From Candidatus Planktomarina antarctica (lineage in GTDB: Bacteria; Pseudomonadota; Alphaproteobacteria; Rhodobacterales; Rhodobacteraceae): 64,000 bases of DNA. The notes beneath the pieces are model-generated. The model saw only the letters and a program-made list of their open reading frames with translations, had not been told where the DNA came from and ran no database searches. Both the position numbers and the translations under genes were made by a program. The stretch is taken from positions 11,415-75,414 of the forward strand of contig JARPSE010000001.1 of NCBI GenBank assembly GCA_029962705.1, read 5' to 3'. Of the stretch, positions 31,972-41,607 are shown in pieces; the stretch's first letter is position 1, and each line of letters begins with the position of its first letter.

Positions 31972-33006
31972 TTACTTCAGTTTTGTTTGGCTGGCCCGAT
32001 ATGTCGGTAAAATATCATCTGCATAGGCAGTGGCCTCATAAACGCCACGAGCAATAGCACGACTTAAGCAGACAGCAGAAGCTGCGCCTAAATCACGAAA
32101 TATATTATAATCTACAGCGCCAATGGTAGTTGAAACACCAAAAATTAAATCACCATCAAGAGGCGTATGCGACGGAATAATAGCACGCGCCATTCCATCA
32201 TGCGCCGTAACGGCTAGGCGATGGCATTGAGTTTTACTCAACGGCGCATCTGTGGCAACAATTGCGATCGTCGTATTGGACATCTCAGCATTGGAAACCA
32301 TCATCGCGGCTTCTTTGGGGCTCTGTCTTCGCTCAAAACTAGCGGAAGTTGGATCAATACCCACACCACCAAATTCTCTATCTACTTCAAAGGGGGCTGC
32401 CCAAAAATGTTTACCACTAGCACTGGTGACGCTACCCATAGGATTGGCCACAACTAAGGCTCCCACCGTATAGCCATTTTCCAAAATAATAGAAGCTGAA
32501 CCTAAACCACCCTTTTGCATAGCAGCCAACGCACCCGTTCCTGCGCCCACCGTGCCAAGAAGAAAATCACATGACGCAGCCTTGAGTGCTTTAAGTCCAA
32601 GTTCACGGTATGGATTTTCCGCCCAATCCTTGTTGCCACCATTAATTAAATCAAAAATGATTGCACCGGGTACTATTGGAACCCGCATCGGACCTACTGG
32701 GAAACCGCGACCCATTTCTCGCAAGCCATCCATAACACCAGAACACGCATCAAGGCCAAACGCTGATCCACCAGACAAGACTAGTGCATCAATTTGATCA
32801 ACGGTTTTATCCGGTGCTAACAAATCAGTTTCTTTAGTTCCTGGAGCCCCACCCATCACATGTACGCTTGCCATAAAAGGCTTGTCTCCAACCAGAACTG
32901 TAGTGCCGGTCTTAAAAAAATCTACTTGGGAATTGCCGACCAGTAGTCCAGTAACATCTGTTATTAAATTTTTTGGGCCAGGCTTAGATACAACGTCCAC
33001 CGTCAA
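31972..33006 (-). CDS. P1/S58 family peptidase (DmpA/BapA-like L-aminopeptidase/D-esterase)
   Basis: 344 aa, NLITDVTGLLVGN...GGAPGTKETDLL...LSGGSAFGLDA..., an Ntn-hydrolase DmpA pattern. Start is TTG (33006) or GTG (33000), overlapping the SDR gene end. Confidence 0.85.
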   Translation of the reverse strand: MTVDVVSKPGPKNLITDVTGLLVGNSQVDFFKTGTTVLVGDKPFMASVHVMGGAPGTKETDLLAPDKTVDQIDALVLSGGSAFGLDACSGVMDGLREMGRGFPVGPMRVPIVPGAIIFDLINGGNKDWAENPYRELGLKALKAASCDFLLGTVGAGTGALAAMQKGGLGSASIILENGYTVGALVVANPMGSVTSASGKHFWAAPFEVDREFGGVGIDPTSASFERRQSPKEAAMMVSNAEMSNTTIAIVATDAPLSKTQCHRLAVTAHDGMARAIIPSHTPLDGDLIFGVSTTIGAVDYNIFRDLGAASAVCLSRAIARGVYEATAYADDILPTYRASQTKLK

Positions 33007-33736
33007 CCTCCAGCGCTACTCCAGTTATCATACTGGCCTCATCTGAACATAAAAAACAGGCAGCGTTGCCCATATCTTCTGGGGTCGAGAATCGACCGAG
33101 TGGGATCGTTGATAAAAATTTTGCGCGGATTTCAGGTGTGTCTTCCCCCATGAATGACTTCAACAGCGGGGTCTCACCTGCAACTGGATTAATTGCGTTA
33201 ACACGGATTCCCGAAGGTGCAAGTTCAACCGCCATCCCCTTCGTCGCAGTAATCATCCAGCCCTTTGACGCATTGTACCATGTGAGGCGGGGCCTTGGCG
33301 ACACTCCTCCAGTCGACGCTACGTTCAGTATTGCACCGCAGCCACGCTCCTTGAAGTGAGGAACAAATGCCTGCGCAGTTAAGTACACTGACTTTATATT
33401 AACGTTGTAAACTTTCTCAAAATCAGCGGTTGTTACGTCTTCCAACGCCATAGGCAAATGTGTGGCACCTGCATTATTCACTAAAATATCCAAATGCCCA
33501 AGCGCACTTAAAGCAGTATTTTTCATTGCAAGAACGCTGTCCCAATCAGACACGTTACAAAGTTGAGCAATGCCCCCAATTTCAGTAGCAATAACTTGCG
33601 CACCCTTTATATCAAGATCGGCAACAAGAACCTGAGCGCCTTCAGCGGCAAATTTTCGGGCAATACCCGCACCGAAACCGGATGCACCACCAGTCACGAT
33701 TGCAGTTTTTCCTTTAAGTCTCATAAAATTATCCAT
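32984..33736 (-). CDS. SDR family oxidoreductase
   Basis: TGGASGFG cofactor motif, NNAG, and a YNASK catalytic Tyr/Lys. The start is ATG 33736 or ATG 33724 (MRLKGKTAIVTGG). Confidence 0.9.
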   Translation of the reverse strand: MDNFMRLKGKTAIVTGGASGFGAGIARKFAAEGAQVLVADLDIKGAQVIATEIGGIAQLCNVSDWDSVLAMKNTALSALGHLDILVNNAGATHLPMALEDVTTADFEKVYNVNIKSVYLTAQAFVPHFKERGCGAILNVASTGGVSPRPRLTWYNASKGWMITATKGMAVELAPSGIRVNAINPVAGETPLLKSFMGEDTPEIRAKFLSTIPLGRFSTPEDMGNAACFLCSDEASMITGVALEVDGGRCI

Positions 33737-35171
33737 GCCAAGCTGCTACTGTTTTTAATGACGAAAACCCATACAGCGCTTCAAAACCTTTTTCACGCCC
33801 ATGCCCTGATTTTCCGACGCCGCCAAAGGGCAGTTCGACCCCCCCACCAGCACCATAGTTATTAATAAATACTTGGCCAGATTTTAACTTCTTAGCCAAC
33901 CGCATTTGTCGTCCTCCATCTCGCGTCCAAATGGATGCAACCAATCCATACTCAGTGTTATTAGCAATTTCTATAGCTTCTAACTCAGTATCAAATGGAA
34001 TGATAACTTGCACAGGCCCAAAAATTTCATCATGGGCAAGCGGATGATTGGCGGGAACATCTCTGAACAGAGTAGGACGTACATAAAAGCCATCCTCTTG
34101 AGATACAATATTTCCCTGCGCTGCAACTTTTAGATCAGAACCACGATCAATAAACCGAGTAACAATTTCTTTTTGTCGTAGCGAGATTAGTGGACCAAGG
34201 GCTAAGTCGTCCATTGCAGGACCAACCTTTAAGACAGAATATGCTTTTGCCATGCGTGTACAAACGGCATCATAAACACCTCTCTGAACAAGAATGCGGC
34301 TGGATGCCGAGCAAGTTTGACCTGCATTTTGGATGCCAGCATTCACTAAAAACGGTAATGCTCGATCCAAATCCGCATCGTCAAAAACTAATTGAGGCGA
34401 CTTCCCCCCCAGTTCCAATGTGACCGGAACTACGTTCTGTGCTGCCGCTGCTTGGATTAGCTGACCAGTACTGACAGATCCCGTAAAAGATATATGTCGA
34501 ATCCCTGGGTGGGATGAAAGCGCAGCACCTGCCTCTGAACCCAAACCTGTCACAACATTAAGTGCGCCTGCCGGAAGTCCAGCCTTTTGAGCAATTGCCG
34601 CAAAAGCCAATGCAGTTAAACAAGCTTCTTCCGCAGGCTTCAACACACAGGCGTTTCCCATGGCAAGTGCGGCACCCACAGATCTTCCAACTATTTGCAT
34701 TGGATAGTTCCAAGGGACAATATGGCCAGTTACACCGTGTGGCTCACGCAATGTGTAGACCGTATACTCATCCAAATAAGGAATAGTCTCACCAGTTATT
34801 TTATCTGCCGCACCACCATAAAATTCCATATATCGAGCAAGAGCTATCGCATCAGCGCGCGCTTGCGTTAGCGGTTTCCCAACATCCAACGCTTCAATTT
34901 TAGCAAGGTCTTCCACATGATTGAGAACAGCCACTCCTACTTTAATAAGGATCCTGCCCCGCTCTAACGCAGTCATCGAACCCCACTCGCCAGCCAATGC
35001 AGATTGGGCGGCGATAACAGCCGCATCAATATCGTTGGCACTTCCACGGGCGATACTGGTTATTGGCTTGTTAGTAGAGGGATTAATAACTTCAACTTCA
35101 GCATCAGCTGGAACCCAAACCCCACCAATTAAATTATGCGACCGTGGGACATCAAATAGTTTCAATAGCAT
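33729..35171 (-). CDS. NAD(P)-dependent aldehyde dehydrogenase
   Basis: ALDH motifs (VTLELGGKSP; GQTCSASSR catalytic Cys; EIFGPV). The preferred start is the ATG at 35171 (MLLKLFDVP...), which overlaps the upstream ATPase gene by 20 nt. Confidence 0.92.
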   Translation of the reverse strand: MLLKLFDVPRSHNLIGGVWVPADAEVEVINPSTNKPITSIARGSANDIDAAVIAAQSALAGEWGSMTALERGRILIKVGVAVLNHVEDLAKIEALDVGKPLTQARADAIALARYMEFYGGAADKITGETIPYLDEYTVYTLREPHGVTGHIVPWNYPMQIVGRSVGAALAMGNACVLKPAEEACLTALAFAAIAQKAGLPAGALNVVTGLGSEAGAALSSHPGIRHISFTGSVSTGQLIQAAAAQNVVPVTLELGGKSPQLVFDDADLDRALPFLVNAGIQNAGQTCSASSRILVQRGVYDAVCTRMAKAYSVLKVGPAMDDLALGPLISLRQKEIVTRFIDRGSDLKVAAQGNIVSQEDGFYVRPTLFRDVPANHPLAHDEIFGPVQVIIPFDTELEAIEIANNTEYGLVASIWTRDGGRQMRLAKKLKSGQVFINNYGAGGGVELPFGGVGKSGHGREKGFEALYGFSSLKTVAAWHG

Positions 35172-36747
35172 ATGTAACCTCCGGGAGGGTTGGCGCAGCA
35201 GCAATTAAGCTTTGCGTGTAAGTATGTTGTGGATTTGAAAAAACTTGTTCAGTTTGACCTTGCTCAACAATTTGACCAAGCTGCATGACCAGCACGCGAT
35301 CGGTAACCGTTCTTACAACTGATAAGTCATGGCTTATGAACAAGTATGCCAAAGGTCGTTTTCGACATAAATCAGCAATCAAGTCTAAAACCTGAGCACG
35401 TATCGATACATCTAGAGCCGAAACCGCTTCGTCAAATATGATGAGCTCAGGTTCAATAATCAGCGCACGGGCAATAGCTATACGTTGACGTTGTCCGCCT
35501 GAAAATTCATGAATATATTTTTTTGAATCAGCAGCTGTTAATCCCACATCCTCAAGAGCCTTCGAAATAGCCAGATCTCTGTCTTTACCAATTGGAGCAT
35601 TTTCCAAAACATGAAGCGGTTCAGCAATCAACCTATCTACTCGGTGACGGGGGTTAAAAGAACCATAGGGATCTTGAAAAACCACCTGCATCTTACGGCG
35701 GACCTCCAAATTTGGTTTTTTTTGCGAAAAAACTGATTGCCCATCTAGCATTATTTGACCTTTTTGAACTTCTTCAAGTCCTAAAATAGCTCGGGTCAGA
35801 GTTGATTTCCCACATCCACTTTCCCCGACCAACCCTACACGTTCACCCCGAGATATGTGAAAACTGACACCATCTAATGCTTGAAACTTTGGACGTGGTC
35901 CAAAGACTGACTTACGAGGAAAATTATAAGTCCGGGCTACAGATTCAACTGATAAGAGTGGTAACGACGGTATATATTTGGGCAAAATAACCCTATGCGT
36001 CGAGGCGTTAAATAGCGCTTTGGTATAAGGATGTCGAATGTTGTGCAACAACTCCTGCGTTTTTGCAGCCTCAACAATACACCCGTTCTGCATCACAACA
36101 ATTTTATCAGCAATTTCTGCTACAACAGCCAAGTCGTGTGTAATGATTAATAGCCCCATATCAAAATCGGCGACCAGATCTTTAAGAAGCTCGAGAATAC
36201 GCGCTTGTGTGGTCACATCCAACGCAGTTGTCGGTTCATCAGCGATCAGTAACTTTGGCCGTAAGGCTATCGCCATCGCGATAACAACTCTTTGACGTTG
36301 ACCACCAGACAGTTCATGCGGATAACGGGAAGGGTCAACGGTGAGGCCAACACGCTGCAACATATCTGCGGCACGCTTATTGGCATCAAACTTTGTAACG
36401 CGCTCATGAATTATGATAGTTTCGGCAACTTGATTACCAATCGTTTTTACAGGATTAAGAGCAGTCATAGGCTCTTGAAACACCATGCCCATAGCGCGCC
36501 CTCGCATACTACATAGATCATGTTCTGACGTTGTCAGAATATTCTTTTTCTCTAACCAGATTGAACCTTTCATTACAGATCCATGAGGCAAAAGCCCCAT
36601 TACAGCGAGTGCGGTTAGCGATTTCCCTGACCCACTCTCCCCTGTGATCGCCACAATCTCACCCGGCTGTATATCTATAGAAACATCATGCAAAATTTGA
36701 AAACTACCTATGGAGAGTGACAGATTCTTGACGTTTAAAAGGCTCAT
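35152..36747 (-). CDS. Peptide-type ABC transporter ATP-binding protein (fused DppD/DppF-like)
   Basis: Two Walker A motifs (GESGSGKS, GESGCGKS) and two signatures (LSGGQRQR, FSGGQRQR). Confidence 0.92.
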   Translation of the reverse strand: MSLLNVKNLSLSIGSFQILHDVSIDIQPGEIVAITGESGSGKSLTALAVMGLLPHGSVMKGSIWLEKKNILTTSEHDLCSMRGRAMGMVFQEPMTALNPVKTIGNQVAETIIIHERVTKFDANKRAADMLQRVGLTVDPSRYPHELSGGQRQRVVIAMAIALRPKLLIADEPTTALDVTTQARILELLKDLVADFDMGLLIITHDLAVVAEIADKIVVMQNGCIVEAAKTQELLHNIRHPYTKALFNASTHRVILPKYIPSLPLLSVESVARTYNFPRKSVFGPRPKFQALDGVSFHISRGERVGLVGESGCGKSTLTRAILGLEEVQKGQIMLDGQSVFSQKKPNLEVRRKMQVVFQDPYGSFNPRHRVDRLIAEPLHVLENAPIGKDRDLAISKALEDVGLTAADSKKYIHEFSGGQRQRIAIARALIIEPELIIFDEAVSALDVSIRAQVLDLIADLCRKRPLAYLFISHDLSVVRTVTDRVLVMQLGQIVEQGQTEQVFSNPQHTYTQSLIAAAPTLPEVTYAIETI

Positions 36748-37559
36748 GTTCGGTCCCCCTTGATACGAGGGTCAAAGAGATCTCGAAGGCCATCGCCCAT
36801 CAAATTCAAACCAAGAACCATAAGTAAAATGGCAAGCCCTGGAACAAGTGCTACATGAGGAGCGATGCTGACCAGTGTTTGTGCATCAGCAAGCATACGG
36901 CCCCAACTTGCGGTTGGGGGTTGCGCGCCTAACCCAATGTATGAAAGTGAGGCTTCTGCCAAAATGCCAAGGCTAAATTGTATGGTTCCCTGAACAATCA
37001 TCAAATTAGTAATATTTGGAAGAATATGTTCAATCGAAATACGTACTTCAGATTTTCCACAAACTCTGGCAGATAAAATAAAATCCCGTTCCCAGAGGGG
37101 AAGTGCTGCTGCACGTGTGAGGCGCGCAAAAACGGGAATATTAAAGATACCTATCGCAACAATTGCATTCACGGCCGACGGCCCAAAAACAGCTGTTATC
37201 AGAATTGCAATTACCAATGAAGGAAACGCAAATATAAGATCATTTCCACGCATTATAACTTCGTCAATAAAGGATCCTCGCCGGGCTGCAGAAAAGAGCC
37301 CCAAAGGCACGCCAATCACAACTCCAATACCAACAGCCAATAGAGCTACAGCAATTGACGTTCTTGCCCCCATCATGATCATTGAAAGAATATCGCGACC
37401 AAAATGATCGGTCCCCAACCAATGATCTAAGTTAGGATTCTTTAACTTGTTAGAAATTTCTAGAGTTTCAATATCATAAGGTATCCAAATAAAGGAAAAG
37501 AATGCCAACCCCATAAATATTATGCTTAGGAAACTGCCAATAATTAAACCACGTTTCAT
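36744..37559 (-). CDS. Peptide-type ABC transporter permease (DppC-like)
   Basis: 271-aa membrane protein with a BPD_transp_1 pattern. 4-nt overlaps with both neighbours. Confidence 0.9.
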   Translation of the reverse strand: MKRGLIIGSFLSIIFMGLAFFSFIWIPYDIETLEISNKLKNPNLDHWLGTDHFGRDILSMIMMGARTSIAVALLAVGIGVVIGVPLGLFSAARRGSFIDEVIMRGNDLIFAFPSLVIAILITAVFGPSAVNAIVAIGIFNIPVFARLTRAAALPLWERDFILSARVCGKSEVRISIEHILPNITNLMIVQGTIQFSLGILAEASLSYIGLGAQPPTASWGRMLADAQTLVSIAPHVALVPGLAILLMVLGLNLMGDGLRDLFDPRIKGDRT

Positions 37560-38500
37560 GCTTTTCTTCTTAATCTTGGATCGACAGCAGCATAGGCAAG
37601 GTCTACGGCAAAGTTAACGATGATAACCGTGAAAACTAACAGCATCACAACACTTTCTACTACAATTAAATCGCGCGCAGAGATAGCTTGAAAGATCAAA
37701 CGCCCGAGGCCTGGTAAAAAGAAGATTTGCTCAATTATTATACCACCAGCTAATAGGAAGGAGAACTGCAGACCAATGATAGTAAGAACTGGAATAAGAG
37801 CGTTACGCACAGCGTGTCGCCAAAGCGCTTGGCTCCTCGTAAGCCCCTTAGCGCGAGCCGTTCTTATGAAATCTTCAGAAAGCATATCTAATAGAGAAGA
37901 CCGCATAATACGTGCGAGAATAGCGGCCTGAGGAAGCGCCAATGATATCGCGGGCAGTGTAAGTGATTTCAGTCCCTGTAATGGATTGCTCCAGCCAGGA
38001 AATCCTCCAGCAGAAAACCAACGCAGATGAATAGCAAAAATCAGAACCATTATCATTGCAAACCAAAAATTAGGAATAGCAACACCCATTTGAGTGGCAC
38101 CCATTATAGTGACATCACTTGCCCCGCCGCGACGGCTTGCAGCTAAAATGCCTGCTGGAAACGCAATAAGTGTCGAGAGAATTAGCGCGTAGATAGCAAG
38201 TGGAAGAGAGACCCAAATTCGATCGGAAATTAACTCCGAAACGGGTGTTTTATAGGTCCAAGAGTTTCCAAAATCACCTTGTAACAAGCCGATCACCCAA
38301 TCAAAATATCTGACTGCCAAAGGCTGATCGAGGCCCATTTCGCTTCGCAATGCCGCAAGCGTATCTTCTCGGGCGTTTATACCCAGCATAAACGAAGCAG
38401 GGTCACCGGGAATAATTTCAATAACTGAGAATATTACTAGCGACGCAATTACGAGGCTAATAATCAGGGATACCAATCGACCAAGAGTATAGCGGATCAC
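37556..38500 (-). CDS. Peptide-type ABC transporter permease (DppB-like)
   Basis: 314 aa; MIRYTLGRL... start and an EDFIRTARAKGL EAA-loop motif. Confidence 0.9.
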   Translation of the reverse strand: MIRYTLGRLVSLIISLVIASLVIFSVIEIIPGDPASFMLGINAREDTLAALRSEMGLDQPLAVRYFDWVIGLLQGDFGNSWTYKTPVSELISDRIWVSLPLAIYALILSTLIAFPAGILAASRRGGASDVTIMGATQMGVAIPNFWFAMIMVLIFAIHLRWFSAGGFPGWSNPLQGLKSLTLPAISLALPQAAILARIMRSSLLDMLSEDFIRTARAKGLTRSQALWRHAVRNALIPVLTIIGLQFSFLLAGGIIIEQIFFLPGLGRLIFQAISARDLIVVESVVMLLVFTVIIVNFAVDLAYAAVDPRLRRKA

Positions 38501-38748
38501 TTTAAAAAAACCTCACTGGCCCTATCGCGCAGGCATTCAAACGATAAGAGCAACATCATATATGGATTGTAGTCTCTTGGCTCGAACAGATATTCAGCGC
38601 AGCCTTATCGATGATGTTGTGCCTATTTCTATTCGTAAATATCATGAAATTCTTGCAACTTTTTAGTATAGTAAGTTAGGACTTATCTTCGTCCTTTTTT
38701 ATCACCGCATATGGCCCCGGTACGCACAAGCACCAAGGCCAATTATTT

Positions 38749-40224
38749 TTAATCCGCCCAGCTTACAACTGTAAGGTCAACAGCTGCAGTTGGTTGATTC
38801 ACCCAAAGACCGCGAACGTCGGCCTTTGCAACCGTTGCAACCGCCAGTTCAAACAAATAGCCATTCACATAATCTTCCGAGATTATAGTCTGGGCTTCGG
38901 CCAACAAAGCTGAGCGACCCGCCGGATCAGTAGTTGCCTCAAGTTCTATCATCAGCGCCTGAAAAACTGCATTATCATATTGGAAATAGTACTCTGGATT
39001 AGCATAAATTCCTATATCCATTGGTTCAGTATGACTTACAATCGATAAGCCAAAATCCTTTGCCTTAAAGACTTCTTCTATCCACTGTGACCATTCCAAA
39101 TTACTAATTTCAGCGTTAATTCCAACTTGACGCAACTGGCTAGCAATTATTTCACCACCACGACGGGCATAAGAAGGAGGTGGTAATTTCAATGTTGTTG
39201 AAAAGCCTTCAGGGAAGCCTGCTTCTACGAGAAGAGCTTTAGCTTTGGCTGGATCATAAGAAGAGTTACCTATTAGATCAACGTAATCGGGGTTGTGCGG
39301 CGCAAAGTGCGTACCAATTGGAGTTCCATATCCAAACATTGCACCATCAATAATGGCTTGACGGTCGATAGCGTGAGCAACTGCTTTGCGAACCAATAAA
39401 TTATCAAATGGCGGCATTTTATTGTTTGTAGAGAGAATTGTTTCTCCTTCAGTGTTTCCGACAAGAACTTGAAAACGCCCATCAGCTTCAAATTGAGGTA
39501 GGTTTTCAGGGGCTGGAAAGCCTACAAAAACATCTACATCTTCAGCCATCACCGCAGCAAATGCCGCTGTTGGATCCGAAATAAAGCGGAATGTAGCACT
39601 TTCTAATACTGCAGCTGTGCCCCAATAGCTGTCGTTACGCACTAATTCCAAACGATCACCTTGAACCCAGTCACTGAAGGCAAATGCGCCAGTTCCAATA
39701 GGGTTTGATGCTATATTCTCTATGCTTTCTGGCGCGACAATGACGGCATCACCCCAAGCCATGTTAAACAGAAAACTGCCATTAGGTTGATCGAGTGTGA
39801 CTTTTACTGTCGTAGAATTCACTACTGCGACATCTGTAATTCCAGAGAAAAGCCCCTTTTGAGCGTTAGTACTATCTTCAGACCGAGCACGGTCCAGACT
39901 AAACTTCACGTCTTCGGCATCCATTGAAGTACCGTCATGAAACAGAACGCCACTGTTCAAGTTAAAGGTATAGACAGTTCCATCATTAGAAATATCCCAA
40001 CTTTTCGCAAGACCAGGGACCACAGCGCCGTCGCCTTCAAAGCGTGTTAATCCTTCAAATACGTTTGAATACAAAACGCTGTCGATCGCTTGTGCGGCAC
40101 CACCTGTTGGATCAAGGTTAGGTGGCTCCAACTGGATAGCAACAGTTATATCTGTTTGTGCAGATGCCATACTCGCAAGCAAGGCAACTGCAGTAACTGT
40201 TGCAGTGAATACAGAATTTTTCAT
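38749..40224 (-). CDS. ABC transporter substrate-binding protein, family 5 (DppA/OppA-like)
   Basis: 491 aa; signal peptide followed by an SBP_bac_5 pattern (LEPPNLDPT..., LFEGLTRF). Confidence 0.9.
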   Translation of the reverse strand: MKNSVFTATVTAVALLASMASAQTDITVAIQLEPPNLDPTGGAAQAIDSVLYSNVFEGLTRFEGDGAVVPGLAKSWDISNDGTVYTFNLNSGVLFHDGTSMDAEDVKFSLDRARSEDSTNAQKGLFSGITDVAVVNSTTVKVTLDQPNGSFLFNMAWGDAVIVAPESIENIASNPIGTGAFAFSDWVQGDRLELVRNDSYWGTAAVLESATFRFISDPTAAFAAVMAEDVDVFVGFPAPENLPQFEADGRFQVLVGNTEGETILSTNNKMPPFDNLLVRKAVAHAIDRQAIIDGAMFGYGTPIGTHFAPHNPDYVDLIGNSSYDPAKAKALLVEAGFPEGFSTTLKLPPPSYARRGGEIIASQLRQVGINAEISNLEWSQWIEEVFKAKDFGLSIVSHTEPMDIGIYANPEYYFQYDNAVFQALMIELEATTDPAGRSALLAEAQTIISEDYVNGYLFELAVATVAKADVRGLWVNQPTAAVDLTVVSWAD

Positions 40225-40244
40225 AAGCTTTCTCCCAATTTATG

Positions 40245-41546
40245 TTATTTTTGTAATAAAATATCTGCAAGACAACGAGCCATAACTTGCACACTATCCA
40301 TCATATCTTCGACACCTACGTACTCGTCAGGTTTATGGGCAAGCTCAAGTATACCAGGCCCATATGCTACGCAATTTTTTAATGTACCAATTCGATCAAT
40401 ATGTTTTTGATCATATGTTCCCGGAGACGCCACAAATTCTGCAGGCTTGCCCATAACAATTTCGATTTGTTTAGCCACACTTACCGCAATAGGTGCATCA
40501 CGATCAGTCATCGATGGCAATACGCTGTTTAATTCACGTATTTCATACTCAAACTTAGGCCTTTCAGTCTTCAACTCATCTAAGAGGCTTTCAACTTCAT
40601 CTCGCACACCATCCAAAGTTTCTTCAACTAAAAAGCGGCGATCAATTACGATACGGCAGCTGTCAGGAACACAATGAGCCGGCAAACCTGTAAAGTCTTC
40701 ATCTTGTTCTGATTGGCCACCATGAATTGAATTAATATTCATGGTCGAAGAGCGGGCACCGTCCGGAACGACTGGCATATCAGTGCGTCTCGCCGCCATT
40801 GCTGGAAAAAGTTGTGTTTCAAATTTGTTAATTACAGCACCCATGTGTCGGACCGCACAATCGCCAAGAAATGGCATCGAACCATGTGCAATTTCGCCAA
40901 AAGTCTCAATTTCAGCCCACCACCCTCCTCGATGGCCTAGGCATACACGATCCTTATTCAATGGCTCTGGTATAATAACATGCTGGACCCGTTTTGGATT
41001 GAAGTATCCCTTCTCCGCCAGATACGCGACACCACCGTACCCACCAGATTCCTCATCACCAGTAGCCGAAATCTCAATTGAACCGTGGAAATCTGGGTTA
41101 GTGTCAATGAACGCCTCAGCTGCAATTATCGATGCTGCCAAGCCACCCTTCATATCACAAGCACCGCGACCATAAATTCTTCCGTCGACCAGCACACCAC
41201 CGAAAGGGTCCTGGGTCCAACCACTTCCAACTTCGACCACATCAATGTGACTATTAAAGTGAACGCAGTCTCCTGCACCCGCACCGTCTCGGCGCGCAAC
41301 TAAATTCCATCGTGGATATTTATCACTGTCCCCTGGCGTACCATAAGCCCGCACCAACTCAGTTAAAAATCCACTTTTAGTAAGTCTTTTATCCAAGAAC
41401 TCACAAATTTCCCTATAATTTTCACCAGGTGGGTTAAGGGTTGGAATGCGAATTAGATCTTGGGTCAGTAAAATCAGATCATCTCGTCTAGAGGCAATTT
41501 GGTTCAAAAGCGGTTCGAGCTTGGCCTGCTGGCGTAAATTAGTCAT
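40245..41546 (-). CDS. M20 family metallopeptidase (ArgE/DapE/acylase-like)
   Basis: 433 aa with HFNSHIDVV, GRGACDMKGG and GDEESGG metal-ligand motifs. Confidence 0.88.
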   Translation of the reverse strand: MTNLRQQAKLEPLLNQIASRRDDLILLTQDLIRIPTLNPPGENYREICEFLDKRLTKSGFLTELVRAYGTPGDSDKYPRWNLVARRDGAGAGDCVHFNSHIDVVEVGSGWTQDPFGGVLVDGRIYGRGACDMKGGLAASIIAAEAFIDTNPDFHGSIEISATGDEESGGYGGVAYLAEKGYFNPKRVQHVIIPEPLNKDRVCLGHRGGWWAEIETFGEIAHGSMPFLGDCAVRHMGAVINKFETQLFPAMAARRTDMPVVPDGARSSTMNINSIHGGQSEQDEDFTGLPAHCVPDSCRIVIDRRFLVEETLDGVRDEVESLLDELKTERPKFEYEIRELNSVLPSMTDRDAPIAVSVAKQIEIVMGKPAEFVASPGTYDQKHIDRIGTLKNCVAYGPGILELAHKPDEYVGVEDMMDSVQVMARCLADILLQK

Positions 41547-41570
41547 AGTAGTAGTATCAAGAAAAAAAAA

Positions 41571-41599
41571 TACGGTGGCAATACCGTAATAATACGGTA
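41571..41599. promoter_or_regulatory. Candidate operator: three TACGGT(A) heptamer-like half-sites including an 18-bp palindrome, TACCGTA-ATAA-TACGGTA
   Basis: Read directly: TACGGT 41571-41576, TACCGTA 41582-41588, TACGGTA 41593-41599. They lie in the 61-bp divergent spacer between the M20 gene and the PAS-LuxR gene. Confidence 0.45.
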
Positions 41600-41607
41600 A
41601 AATTTAT

